A stretch of DNA of 64,000 bases from Eledone cirrhosa (GCA_964016885.1 OZ024741.1:53506001-53570000); one strand, 5' to 3'. Shown: positions 29,375-44,581, counted from the stretch's first letter. Numbers and translations are program-made. Notes: generated by a model not told the origin, from the letters alone.

Positions 29375-32300
29375 AGTCAACGCGATCAGTCGCATATTTT
29401 GGCGTGGGAGACTATTTATTAAATTTAAGATGAATACTACCTCCGACAATAATGCCACAACTACAGCCAGGTTGAATAACTGGTTATTCTTCTAACTATA
29501 ACTTCTGGCGACACCTTTTATTCGAATTCGTAGAAATATCCGACTAAATACATGATTCATTTTACAAGGATTTGCTTCAAACAGTATGGCTGAACACAAC
29601 ATCAACAACAACATTAAGGAAGTACCGAAGACAAATAACAAGGAAGGTAAACAAACTTTATTCAGTTGTAGCTACAGAAGAAACCGAAATTATAAATCGC
29701 ATTTCTCTTGGAGTTGCGAACTTAATGATTTATTTAATTGTTATAAAATGGCAAAAAGCAATCCCTCCATTGGCTATATGAACAGAATGAAGCTACACTG
29801 GGACGAAATACACCCAGAGCTAAATTATTTGACGGCGAAACAATTACGCCAACAAGCGACGTTTGTTGAACGTAAAAATAAGATAAATATTATTAATTGT
29901 AAGACCCCCACAACAAACATGTTATCAACAACACGTGCTTCATTTCGCCATGCTACTAGACTTCCTAGCAGCCAGGTCGAACAGCGTCTTGAAACAACTA
30001 AGCCTGTAAGAAACTTGACACCACCTGCACCATCTAAGTCTTCCGCGAATGCTGTGGAAAACACTATCCATAATAATAATAATCATGTATAAATATCTCT
30101 CTTGCTGAACGTATTAAAACGACAATGTTTAATAAAGCACCAAATAATGAAATATTACGTGTTATTGACGAAATAGGGGATGAATATTTACGACGGATAA
30201 AAACCCAACATTTTGGCAAATCAACGCTTGTTTTTATGCCTTAGCAACGAGAGTGAAGCATTATCTTGGTGATAGCAGAGATATTAACAAGAACAGAACA
30301 CCACCAGAAATAACATAATATATAACTAAAATAGAAAAAAAGATTGCTGACCTACGAAAAAACATAGGATATGTTACAATGCTCCTTACATGCAAACAAA
30401 CACAAAAAAACCTCACTCCTCACCAACAAAGAGTGAAAAATAAAATAGAGACGATGTTTGGTAACAGTAGAACCAGAACTCTCCATCAAGAATTGAGAGC
30501 TGTTAGCGGAAAACGCCGATACCTGAAGAAAGTAGATGAGAGAAAAGTGCTTAATAAAAGATTCAGACGAAACCAAACATGAATCTATAGAGATATGAAG
30601 GAAAAAATAATAAGTGTCACTGAGGCCCCATCCCAGAAAGACATAGATTCCTTTTGGAGCAAAATATGGGGTGAAAAGAAGAATTTCAACCAAGATGCAG
30701 TGTGGCTAAGAGAAATCCGAAAGAACTATTTCTCCTACACTACAACAAAAAAACATACGAAATAAGTGAGGGTACCCTTGAGACTATGATAGGAAAACTC
30801 CAAGATAAGATAACACCAGGAAGAGACATGATTGTCGGCTACTAGTACAAAAAACTGATATTCTATCGGAGGTATCTTACTGACCTCTACCAACAAGTTC
30901 TTAAGGGAGATACACTTATACCTGAATGGTTGACATTAGAACAAACATTACTGGCCCCCAAGAACAAAGACACCCATTTGGCAAAAAACTACCGACCCAT
31001 TGCATGCCAGAATCTGATCTATAAGATGTATACAGCCTGCCTGAACCTATTCCTCCAAGATCACTGTGAAAATAATAACATCATCACAGTTGAACAAGCA
31101 GCTGGAAAGAAAGGGGTTTGGTGATGTGCTGAACAACTCCTAATCAACAAAACTGCGATGTCGGAGGTGCGACAACTTAGGAGGAATATGGCTACAGTCT
31201 GGCTGGACTACGGAAAAGCTTTTGATTCTGTTCCCCACTCTTGGATGATAGAGGCCCTCCAACTTGCTAAAGTCCCAGACATTATTGTTAGAGCCATAGA
31301 GAGGCTGTCCTCTTCTTAGGCTACTATCCTAAGGTTAAAAACAGAGAGGGAGAATCTATTTTCACTGATAAAATAAAATATTGCAGGGGTATATTTCAGG
31401 GGGACAGTCTCTCTGTAATATTATTCATCTTGTCATTAAACCCCTTGTCCTTTCTGCTCAAGAAATGTGAGGGATACATCATTGGCTCACAAAAGGACAG
31501 AAATACGAAACTAACCCATAATTTTTTTGTGGACGATCTGAAACTCTATGCCAAGAACATGGATGGGATGAAGAAAAATCTTGACCTGGTTACAACGTTC
31601 TCAAAGGATATAGGAATGGAGTTTGGCCAAGATAAATGCTCATCTATGACTGTAAAGCGGGAAAAACAACAACCCAATCTAGCAACATTGTCATCAATGG
31701 TCTAACTGTTTCACCGATATCTGATGAGAACTGCTACAGATACCTGGGGATAGATGAGAACATATCGTATAATGGTATCTGTAATAAAGAACGCGTAACC
31801 AGGGAATACTACACCCGATTAAGAAAGATCTGGTCATCGGAACTCTGTGCACAAAACAAAACAGTGGCTTACAATGTGTTTGCTGTGCCTGTCATAACAC
31901 CAACGTTTGGAATACTCAATTGGACGATAGACGAAATCCGAGCAGTTGATGTTGGAACTCGAAAAATACTAAACAACACCGGAAACTTCCACATCAACAG
32001 TTACACAGAGCGCCTTTACTTGAAACGTAAGCAGGGAGGCAAAGGCCTAACATCAGTCCAGACAATATTTGAATGTCGCATCATATCTCTCCGACAACAT
32101 CTTCGAACCTCGAAGCGAAGGAGCCCGTTTCTCGAGCAAGTCTATCTGCATGAAACAGATAAGATCATGAGAGTTGGGAAGGAACTCCTCGAGTAATATT
32201 CCCTATGTGATAATCAAAAACTCATACTCAGGGAAATCGCTCAGCAGTATCGCAGTGAATCCATGGATGAAAAACTGCATACTTATCAGCAAAAAATCAT

Positions 32301-33320
32301 GCATGGATATGTTCCCAGGAAGATGCAGAGTGAGAGTAATATAGATAAGGAAAGTAGTCTATCTTGGACCAACAACCGCTATATTGGCTCCCACGTTGAA
32401 GGATACGCTTTTGCAATCCAAGAACAGGAGATTAACACGAAATACCTGATTCACAAAAGAGATAGGGATGCAGGCAAAACACCTAGATATGATAACAAGT
32501 GCAGACTCTGCAGAACTAACATCGAGGATATCACCCATGTCATCAGCAGCTCTCCAAAGATGTCATCGTGGTACTATCTACATATGAGGCATGATGTAGT
32601 GGCTAAAACACTGTACAATGCAGTTCGTAAGAAAGATAGCCCCGATAATAAACACATTAAAAGCTACAGCAATGTGGAAGACATACATGTACATAATATG
32701 AAAGAGTACTGGTGGAATGTTCCAGTAAAAACCCCAATAAAATGCAGGCATAACAGACCAGATATTATGATATGGGACAGGGAGAAGAAAGCATGCACAG
32801 TAATGGAAATTAGCTGCCCAGCAGATGCCAATATAATATCAAAGATTAGTGAAAAGGAAAATATTTATGCAGAACTGATGAGAAATCTGCAGATACTCCA
32901 CCCTTATTACACCTTCAGATTTATGCCTGTGATTATTGGGGCACTGGGGTATGTTAGTAACTGCCTCAATACAAATCTTTAGAATCTAGGGTTCACAGGA
33001 ACATAAAGAACACAACTAGTTAAGAAATTATAAGTACAATCCATTAATGGAACAGTAAATATATGTAAAACATTCCAAAAATGTTGCATCTAATAACTGC
33101 ATATACACATGTAGAGATGGAAAGCATATACACATGCACACATACAACTCAAAACATCCACATCCACACATACAATAACATCCATATCTACACATGCATG
33201 CATACATACATGTCTACCTAGTTGATGTTGTGTAAATTCCAATGAGAGAGTATTGTGTCTATGTTAGAAACCGACTCTCTCTATTGGTAAAACTTTGTGA
33301 AATTATAAAACCAGAAGAAC
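29375..33320 (+). mobile_element. R4/Dong-like non-LTR retrotransposon (RT + CCHC + restriction-like endonuclease), apparently near full length but decayed
   Basis: NYRPIACQNLIYK, WLDYGKAFDSVPHSW, FQGDSLS, FFVDDLKLY, RLYLKRKQGGKGL, CRLC..EDITHV, RHD, RPDIMIWD..MEISCP; flanked by (CATA)n on both sides. Confidence 0.88.
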
Positions 33321-33689
33321 ATACATACATACATACGGTCAAAATATACTCGAAATTAAGAGAAAGATATAATACATACATACATAGATACATACATACA
33401 TGATGATGGCTGCCCCCTCGTTATCGAGTATGGCCATTGCACAATAGAATTAAATAATAATTTTTAATAATTATTAATTAATTCTATTATTAATAATTAT
33501 TAATGAATTCTATTATTAATAATTATTAATTAATTCTATTATTAATAATTATTAATTCAATTCTATCGTGCAATGCCTGTGCGAGAAGATATTTTTTAAA
33601 GTGAGGAAAGACTGTGCACTGAGCCAATCCCACACTCTGAGCGACTGTAGCTATAACGTGAAAAGAAGAAAAGATCAACATCATCGGTA

Positions 33690-34005
33690 ACTACTGAGCC
33701 GCAGGTTTTATATCGGAGTTATCCCAGTTTCCTGAGTTGCCTTCTCCTAGAAGAATGCCCTGACAAAGGCTAGGGGTCCTTCACTCCCAGTGTATGTAAA
33801 TATACATATTTACACACTTTTGGATGGCCGTTGACTCTTATGTGTTCTTCCGCCCTTTGTCAGGTTTTGTTTTTTGTCATGCCGGGTGTTCAAAATCAGC
33901 CTCATCACCAAGTAAACTTGGTGGGGTTGCCGGTTTAGTCGCCGACGCCGGACCATGCGACAGGTTGTACTGGGTTGCATGTTACCAGTAGCACTCAAGA
34001 GTGAT
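33690..34005 (-). mobile_element. Possible 5' UTR remnant of an RTE-like LINE
   Basis: GC-richer block with ttgccttctcctag..aaggctag; resemblance from memory only. Confidence 0.3.
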
Positions 34006-35087
34006 ATACATATATACATACACAGGTACATAAACATATACATACATATATACATACATATTTACATATATACATTCATGAATACATACAAACATACATA
34101 CATATATATATACACATGAATACATACGTACATACATAACTACATACATGCATACATATACACATACACATATACATACAAAACTTACAAGGATCTTGCT
34201 AATGTTTGTACCGAACTATCGACTCTTCTACCCCTTCCTCATTAACTCTGCACGCCACAAACAGAGTACCACAAGTTGTAGGAATGATGCGTTTTTCATA
34301 TAGTGGTGGTTTTGTGTTGGTGAAGATGGTTGGCTTGTAATGGTCGAAGGAGTGGTTTTGTGATTTTGATGTTGTAGAGGTGGGATTAAATAATGTGTAG
34401 AATATAATAAGACGTGCAAGAGTTGAAGCCTGAGAAGTGGAAATAGGAAGCGTTTATAGAAAAAGAGGGATATGAAAAAATACAAAAATTTAAAGACAGA
34501 TTATATATTCTTTTCTTCTTGTACTTAGACTCGTAAATAGACTGCGCTCATACTAGGGCATCTAAATAACCGTATCGACCCTTGTACTGAACTAAATGTT
34601 TCAAGTATGTTATTTAATTGATCGACAGGTTTTTTTTTTATCGAACCACTAACATAGAGGACACAGCCATTCACACACGTTCACACTGAAACAAACATAC
34701 ATACTCACACAAACAGGCACACACACACATATATATATATGTGACAGTTTCCAGAGAAACCTTCTACAAAATTCCATTCACAAAGCATTAGTTAACGCAA
34801 AGCTATAATAGAAATTATTTGCCTATGAAGGCACGCAGCGAGCTGTAATCCAGAATTAAGATAGCCCATCATAAATGAGAGTAATATATCTAAAGGAATG
34901 TAGTGTAAGAAATAAACTTAGAAATTCAGTGAGGAAAATTGGGAAAAGGAGAGTGTGGGTTATAAAGAGAGAGAGGGCTGGAATGAAAGAGCTGAAGCGA
35001 CAAAGGAATGGTAAACCGATGTATTAATTAAATACAAAACATCGTCTTATTTGTTTCATTGTCATACCTTAAATATACATATATATA

Positions 35088-35177
<90 letters not shown>

Positions 35178-35568
35178 TGTGTGTGTGTGTAACTGTGTAT
35201 GTGTGTGTGTATGACTGCGTGAAAGCTAATTCTTTAAAGCTGAAATTAGGGTGACAAAGGCAGAAAGAATTCTATAAACAGGTTCAAGTTATGGGATGCT
35301 TCCCCTTATTGTGAAGTTTCTCTTTATTTATATTCCAGGTGTCAACAAGCACATTCTCACACACACACTTACCCACATACACACACACACACTTACCCAC
35401 ATACACACACACGCACACACGCACACACACGCACACACACACACAACAAACGCACATATAAATACATACATATATATATACACACATACATATATATATA
35501 TACATATACATATATGTAAGTATGTATGTATACGTACATACATATATGTATATAGACGTACAGTAGCA

Positions 35569-35620
<52 letters not shown>

Positions 35621-35752
35621 TATATATATACATACAGGTACACATACACATATGCACGCATCAGTTTAGCGGACAAACGAACAAAGCGGCAATCGTCCGC
35701 TAAACTGATGCGTGCATATGTGTATGTGTACCTGTATGTATATATATATATA

Positions 35753-35783
<31 letters not shown>

Positions 35784-36020
35784 GCATGCTACTGTACGTC
35801 TGTATACATATATGTATGTACGTATACATACATACTTACATTTAAGTAAGTGCCATACTAAGAGTGAGAAATGAAATTTCGTTTTCATTTTTTTCAACTT
35901 ATCGTTTTCGGTATGCCTGACCGATTTAACTCACTCAATATGCAAATTAGGCTGCTCAGCCGTTAATTTTCATAAGGAAAGTATATACTTTCGAACGTTC
36001 AACTATCTGGCAGATGGATA

Positions 36021-36065
36021 AACGGTGCTGATGATAGCTAACAAGCTTGAAACTAGTACATCGTT
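36021..36065 (+). ncRNA. Minimal type I hammerhead ribozyme
   Basis: aacggtg-CTGATGA-tagc(taacaa)gctt-GAAA-ctag-TA-catcgtt. Confidence 0.8.
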
Positions 36066-36220
36066 CCTGTGTCAGTGTTGAACAAAAAGGTGACGTGGTT
36101 GCCTTAACACCGTATGGCATAAATTCAGGCTGTTCAGTTTGTTGACAAACGAACAAAGCGGCAATCGTCCGCTAAACTGATGCGTGCATATGTGTATGTG
36201 TACCTGTATGTATATATATA

Positions 36221-36284
<64 letters not shown>

Positions 36285-36518
36285 TGCTACTGTACGTCTG
36301 TATACATATATGTATGTACGTATACATACATACTTACATTTAAGTAAGTGCTATACTAAGAGTGAGAAATGAAATTTCGTTTTCATTTTTTTCAACTTAT
36401 CGTTTTCGGTATGCCTGACCGATTTAACTCACTCAATATGCAAATTAGGCTGCTCAGCCATTAATTTTCATAAGGAAAGTATATACTTTCGAACGTTCAA
36501 CTATCTGGCAGATGGGTA

Positions 36519-36563
36519 AACGGTGCTGATGATAGCTAACAAGCTTGAAACTAGTACATCGTT
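36519..36563 (+). ncRNA. Minimal type I hammerhead ribozyme (tandem copy)
   Basis: Identical to 36021-36065, 498 bp downstream. Confidence 0.8.
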
Positions 36564-36719
36564 CCTGTGTCAGTGTTGAACAAAAAGGTGACGTGGTTGC
36601 CTTAACACCGTATGGCATAAATTCAGGCTGTTCAGTTTGTTGACAAACGAACAAAGCGACGTTAGCGCCGCTAAACTGATGCGTGCATATGTGTATGTGT
36701 ACCTGTATTTATATATATA

Positions 36720-36783
<64 letters not shown>

Positions 36784-36895
36784 TGCTACTGTACGTCTGT
36801 ATACATATATGTATGTACGTATACATACATACTTATATTTAAGTAAGTGCCATACTAAGAGTGAGAAATGAAATTTCGTTTTCATTTTTTTCAAC

Positions 36896-36966
<71 letters not shown>

Positions 36967-37083
36967 CACATATATATACATATATATACATACACATATA
37001 TACATATACACATATATATATATACACATATATATACATATATAAATGCTTATATACATATATACATATATACATATATACAT

Positions 37084-37175
<92 letters not shown>

Positions 37176-37304
37176 CTGATGGTAGCTAATATTCTTCCAT
37201 AGGCGGTATGCCCGTTGAGCACTCTATGCGCTTACAGAGCAGAGTATATGATAGAATAGAAAACGAAAAATTAGTGATGCATCTGAACTCAATTTATTCC
37301 TAGC

Positions 37305-38790
37305 TAGGTTAGGTGTAGTGGAGTAGGAGAGCCTTATTGTGTTCTTATTGAAGATGGTGTAGTCTCTATGTTGCATGGGGAAGTGTTTGTTCAGCAAAAT
37401 GAAGAAAGTCTTAGCTATAGGTGTAGAGACCTCTCTATTGAAGGGGGCGGGGTTGTACTAATTAATCTGCCTATGTCTATTCCACCTAGTTAGTCTTGGG
37501 GTGGTTTCTAGGTAAGTGATCTTTTCTTTAAATCCGATGCGGGCGAGGGCGTCGTTGTAATAGGAGGCAGAGGCGTTAAAGATATCTTCATTGGCCGAGA
37601 GGTCGAAGATTCTGATTGAGACGCTTTTTACAAAGTTATGTGATGTTTTCGGGGTGGTTAGAATTAACATTAATATATCGACGGGACACTTTAGATTTGT
37701 GGTACGAGTAATAGAGGGAAGTATCTAGATCGAGAGTGACATCTAAAAAGTTGGCCCTAGTCATATTAGATTCTATGGTTATTCTAAATCCTAGATTACG
37801 GAAGAATGAGCTTAAGTTTCTCCGAAACCCATCAGTGGTTCAGGTGGTTAACCTTGTGCAATGCGGAGAGGCCGTCGTCTCGGTATAATCCTCCGGTAAG
37901 GCCAGTAAAGTGGTTCTTCAGGTGGTGTAAGATGTGCAGGCCCACGAGGTCGCTTATTTCAGCCGAGTCACTTGCTCCCATGCTGACGTCAAAAGGGGGT
38001 CTGAGACTTCTTGTTGATCCAGTAAGATACCTCGTGGTCTAGAAAGGCCTTACGGGCATGGAGGATCAGATCTTGCTCAGCGTCGGTTATGGTGGCAAAA
38101 TTCCTGGCAAAAGCAAGTGCATCCTTCAGTAGCGGCTCTGAGATAGAATCATAGTAGTCTTCTATGTCAAGTTGCAGGAAGCGAGTGTGGCGTTTGTTGG
38201 GCAATTCTTGGAACCAAGAGATTGCTTCGGATGTTCTGCTCCAGAGTGGGAGTGGTGAAGCAGCCCGCAGTGGTGGTAGAACACTATCGAGGATCTTTTT
38301 GCTGATAGGGCCGATGTCCGAACGTGTGGTGTTGATAAGTCTGACTGATGGCTTATTGAGGAAGTTTCCCTTGTGGTTCTTCAGGGTAAAGTGCGAGGTC
38401 TCTACCCTTAAAGGTTCCGTTCGGTCGTGTAGTTTAAGGGACTTGGCAATTTCTTTTCCTGCCGCATTGGTCTCAGTCAATGACATCTCATTCACCTTTT
38501 TGTAGGTAGTCGTGATGGCATTGTTTGCCAGCTTATAGGTCGGTGGATCTACCTCATAAACGTTTTTGGTTTTATCGGTGGAGACATGGAGCTTGGGGGA
38601 CTTTTTTATATTGCACATTTCAGTATGTAAGTAGGCCTGGAATGGTGTATTGGCTCTCCGAAATTTGATATCTTTCATCATCTTGAAGAAGTCTTCCTCA
38701 AAAGGTTCAAGTAGTCTGTTGGTGGGTGGTGCCTTATTCGTTTTGAAACCGAACTTCTTCACAAGAAAAGATATAAATACCACCATATTT
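37305..38790 (-). pseudogene. Naiad-type PLE reverse transcriptase fragment
   Basis: DKTKNVY, KPSVRLIN, FLQLDIEDYYDSI, FDVSMGASDSAEISDLVG, GGLYRDDGL, then a thumb-like NKHFP..IFNKNTIRLSYS segment. Confidence 0.8.
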
Positions 38791-38884
38791 ACGTGGACAG
38801 TCAGCTTCCTGGTGATTTCTCAGGTATTAAACACTTCTAGTCCTGTAGAAGCTTTTCTATATTAATATATATATATATATACAA

Positions 38885-39725
38885 CGATATTAAATAAATG
38901 GAAATTATATTTATGAAACCATACTTTTTCTATTATATATATTTCAAGGGTACCAAAACTTTGGTACGCTTTCATCAGATAAAATACAAAGTTTGTTTAA
39001 ATTTTGACATAATCAAGAAAAGATACCTTAACGGTTACCTTAACGGTTGAAGTTTTCCTTGGATAGCGAAGGGATAAGAGACGAAAAGTCAGATATTTCA
39101 AATTATTAATATGAGTATGCAAATGAGGTTGAGGTATAGGGCTGAAAGAAACGTTATTTTAGACGCTATCCAGAATTTAAATATATAGGATATATGTATG
39201 TATGAGTAGGAAGAAGAAAAAGGAAGAAGGGCTTGTATTTACGTTAATTTAAAAGGAATTAATAATTTGGGTGTATGGTGGAATATGATTCCAGAATTTA
39301 AATTTATTTAGCTATATCATGAGTTATAATATTGTATATATATAATCAATTAGATTATATGAAGAATTATGGTTGTAAGTATATTTTAACTTATTACATT
39401 ACGATAGGTTATAAGTATATAAGTATCTATATAGATTAATAATTGTGCATGTATAAGTATTATAGAAATATCCAAGGAAAACTTAAACCGTTAAGGTATC
39501 TTTTCTTGATTATGTCAACATTTATAAAACAAAGTTTATATTTCACATGATGAAAGCGTACCAAAGTATTGGTACCCTTGAAATATATATAATACAATAA
39601 ATATGGTTTTACAAATATAGTTTGCATTTTTTATTTAATATCATTGAATATTATACTTCGGAAAACTTGTCGAGTGCTCTGAATCAGTTATAAACATTTA
39701 TATTTGTTGAATTACCAACAAATTG
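38885..39725. mobile_element. Inverted-repeat element (about 180-bp arms) carrying a hammerhead
   Basis: 38885-39065 is the reverse complement of about 39468-39645. Confidence 0.8.
38931..38981 (-). ncRNA. Minimal type I hammerhead ribozyme
   Basis: Reverse complement: tat-CTGATGA-aagcgtacca(aagttt)tggtaccctt-GAAA-tatata-TA-ata; the plus-arm copy near 39545 has a mutated core. Confidence 0.7.
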
Positions 39726-40249
39726 AATATCCCTTTTGCTTATATATATATATACATATATTTATATATATGTATATATACACACAATGAGACAAACACA
39801 CACACACACAGACACACACACACCCACCCACACACACATATATATATACATATATATATGTATATGTGTGTGTGGATGAGTGTATGTGTATCCATGCATA
39901 TATATGTATATATAAGTACATATATATATGTTCACACAGACAGGCACGCGCACGCACTCACACACGCGGCATATATATATATGTTTATACATATATAATA
40001 CTGTTCCGTTAAAGGGCAATGCTAGGCTTTCATATCTCACTATCTTTTAGCGTCTTAGGTATCCTGGTAAGATTCTACAAATTGCAACACATGCATTATA
40101 GTGAATCACAGGAAATTGTTCATAATTTACAAGACAGTATGTGTCAAACAAAGAAAGTCATCCGGTATTCGGCGTCACTAAGCCTAGTTAGAAATGGTGA
40201 AAATAGCATTTTCTAGTAATCATCTAGTAATCATCTAGTAATCATCACC

Positions 40250-40990
40250 ATCGGGTGCACCGACAGCAAATCAGAGACCCAAATGTCCGTCAGATACCCC
40301 TAAGTAACCATCTAGCAACATGTGGTCAGAGAATATTTATAATATTTCCATTCTACAAATTACACAGCCCAAGTGAAATCAAGAGAAAAATCAAAGAAAA
40401 GAATTTTATTGATAAATTCCAACCCAAGCTAAATGAACAATAATAATGGGTTATTACTCCTACTATGAATACGACGATGTCGACTACTACCACTAACAAC
40501 AACAACAATAATTATAAAAGTGATATTGATGGTGATGATTACTAGAAAATGTTATTTTCATCATTTCTAAAAATAGCAAAACAATTGATGCTTTGGATAG
40601 GGTCATTTAGTAGTCCTTAGACATGCTCAACCAACCGTGATGCCTAAACTAATCAGCTTTAGTAATCCAGTGAAACTACACACCGATTGGTCGAAATAGA
40701 GTTTGCAGAATCTAGCATTATGTAGCCGCTTTTCACTGTATATAAGGCACACACTTTACCCATCTCATTACAGTTGAAAATTGCAAACTTGACTCTCACC
40801 ACAGACTATGAACCTGAAGATTGCGAAAGCATGGAAGTACTTGTTCAATTAACACTTAACATTTAATATTCTACCATACTATTTCATTCTAATAACATTA
40901 TACATTTTAAAGGATTGTAAATAAAACGAGTAAATCAGAAAAAGTTGGAATTTCTTTTATTAATATAATCTTCTATACACAATCATACAC
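40250..40990 (+). mobile_element. 3' fragment of a Neptune-like PLE (GIY-YIG C-terminus + 3' region)
   Basis: HRQQIRDPNVRQIPLSNHLATC..PFYKL..EKNFIDKFQPKLN, similar to 7702-7908. Confidence 0.75.
40809..40847 (+). ncRNA. Hammerhead motif with GAAA mutated to GGAA
   Basis: tgaac-CTGAAGA-ttgc(gaaa)gcat-GGAA-gtac-TT-gttca. Confidence 0.55.
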
Positions 40991-40992
40991 AC

Positions 40993-42070
<1,078 letters not shown>

Positions 42071-42128
42071 TATATGTATATATATATATGCATATATATG
42101 TATATATATGTATATATATGTGTATATA

Positions 42129-42196
<68 letters not shown>

Positions 42197-42204
<8 letters not shown>

Positions 42205-43423
42205 TATAGAGAAAATACTGCAGGTAGCACATGGTAACATGTAATAAAATACGTCCCTCATCAGTGATTTGCCGAAGATCATAGATATTTCATTGCATTA
42301 AAAATCATATATCTCACTTCGGTGCAATAATAACCCAAATAAGTTATTAGGACAATTAAAACGCGTAAAGCGAGTGAGACAGGGGAACAACAGAAAAGAT
42401 AGCATACCGTGGGAGAGAAACAAGCTTCAAAAATTATTCTGTTAGCGTAAGCTAGGTGAATATATGAGCGCTAGGGAAAGAATAGTCCAGCACGAACGAA
42501 TGCCATTGAGCAGAGGGAGAAAAAATAGCGTCCGTGAGTGCAGGATGAAATGAAGAGAAGAGGGAGAAAAACAGTGAGTGAGTGAAAGTGTGAGGAAGAG
42601 TTAACGGACAAGACAGAGGGGGAGAAACAGAGAGAATGGGGGAACAGTAAGAGAGAGAGAAAAAACACAGAATCGCAGTGGTAAATATATGTATTAAAAT
42701 AAGCGCTCATATATTCACCTAGCTTACGCTAACAGAATAATTTTTGAAGCTTGTTTCTCTCCCACGGTATGCTATCTTTTCTGTTGTTCCCCTGTCTCAC
42801 TCGCTTTACGCGTTTTAATTGTCCTAATAACTTATTTTGGTTATTATTGCACCGAAGTGAGATATATGATTTTTAATGCAATGAAATATCTATGATCTTC
42901 GGCAAATCACTGATGAGGGACGTATTTTATTACATGTTACCATGTGCTACCTGCAGTATTTTTCTCTATATTTTAATACATATATTTACCACTGCGATTC
43001 TGTGTTTTTTCTCTCTCTCTTACTGTTCCCCCATTCTCTCTGTTTCTCCCCCTCTGTCTTGTCCGTTAACTCTTCCTCACACTTTCACTCACTCACTGTT
43101 TTTCTCCCTCTTCTCTTCATTTCATCCTGCACTCACGGACGCTATTTTTTCTCTCTCTGCTCAATGGCATTCGTTCGTGCTGGACTATTCTTTCCCTAGC
43201 GCTCATATATTCACCTAGCTTACGCTAACAGAATAATTTTTGAAGCTTGTTTCTCTCCCACGGTATGCTATCTTTTCTGTTGTTCCCCTGTCTCACTCGC
43301 TTTACGCGTTTTAATTGTCCTAATAACTTATTTTGGTTATTATTGCACCGAAGTGAGATATATGATTTTTAATGCAATGAAATATCTATGATCTTCGGCA
43401 AATCACTGATGAGGGACGTATTT

Positions 43424-43428
<5 letters not shown>
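42197..43428. mobile_element. Non-coding element in (TA)n: full inverted unit plus about 1.5 tandem 496-bp units
   Basis: Direct units start at 42703 and 43199; 42197-42701 is the reverse complement of one unit. Confidence 0.85.
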
Positions 43429-43505
<77 letters not shown>

Positions 43506-43509
<4 letters not shown>

Positions 43510-43989
43510 AAAAAGAGATGAAATCGAAAATGCAACTGGAGTCTTATTTTTTTTTTAAATATATATATTTATTTGGTTCCTTTACCGGTTTCGCAGTTCT
43601 TCTGCTTTTCAAAAGGTGAGTTGAGATGGAGGGTCTGTGGTTTTTCTCACATCTGTTTGGTCTCTGAATGTTACTTGTTTTATATGGAAAAAGTGTGACA
43701 AACCAATCAAATTACTTCTCGAAAAACCTGGCATTTCGAGCCACTTTTTCCATATAAAACAAGTAACATTCAGAGACCAACCAGATGTGAGAAAAACCAC
43801 AGACCCTCCATCTCAACTCACCTTTTGAAAAGCAGAAGAACTGCTAAACCGGTAAAGGAACCAAATAAATATATATATTTTTTTAAAAAATAAGACTCCA
43901 GTTGCCTTTTCGATTTCATCACTTTTTCTTTATACTTTCACTCGTGTAGGACACCTCGGTTATTTTTCATTTTGTAAAAAAAACCTCAC

Positions 43990-43996
<7 letters not shown>
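43506..43996 (+). mobile_element. Fold-back mini-element made from the 3' end of the Neptune PLE
   Basis: About 43512-43696 is the reverse complement of about 43742-43925; tail matches 9480-9545 and 46277-46343; (TA)n flanks. Confidence 0.85.
43579..43616 (-). ncRNA. Hammerhead with U3-A8 core variant (best-preserved copy)
   Basis: Reverse complement: cctt-TTGAAAA-gcag(aagaa)ctgc-GAAA-ccgg-TA-aagg. Confidence 0.7.
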
Positions 43997-44049
<53 letters not shown>

Positions 44050-44165
44050 GTAATATAATATAATATAATATAATATAATATAATATAATATAATATATAT
44101 AAATATAATAATCATAATTAGGTAAAAGTCGGCAAGTTTTCGAGCAACCCACTTTCTCTAATTGA

Positions 44166-44581
<416 letters not shown>

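Larger units (their letters stand above)
35515..36895 (+). mobile_element. Retrozyme-like element: inverted arm plus about 2.5 tandem units of about 470-500 bp, with a hammerhead in each complete unit
   Basis: Unit starts at 35672, 36144 and 36642; 35515-35673 is the inverted copy of the unit start. Confidence 0.85.
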
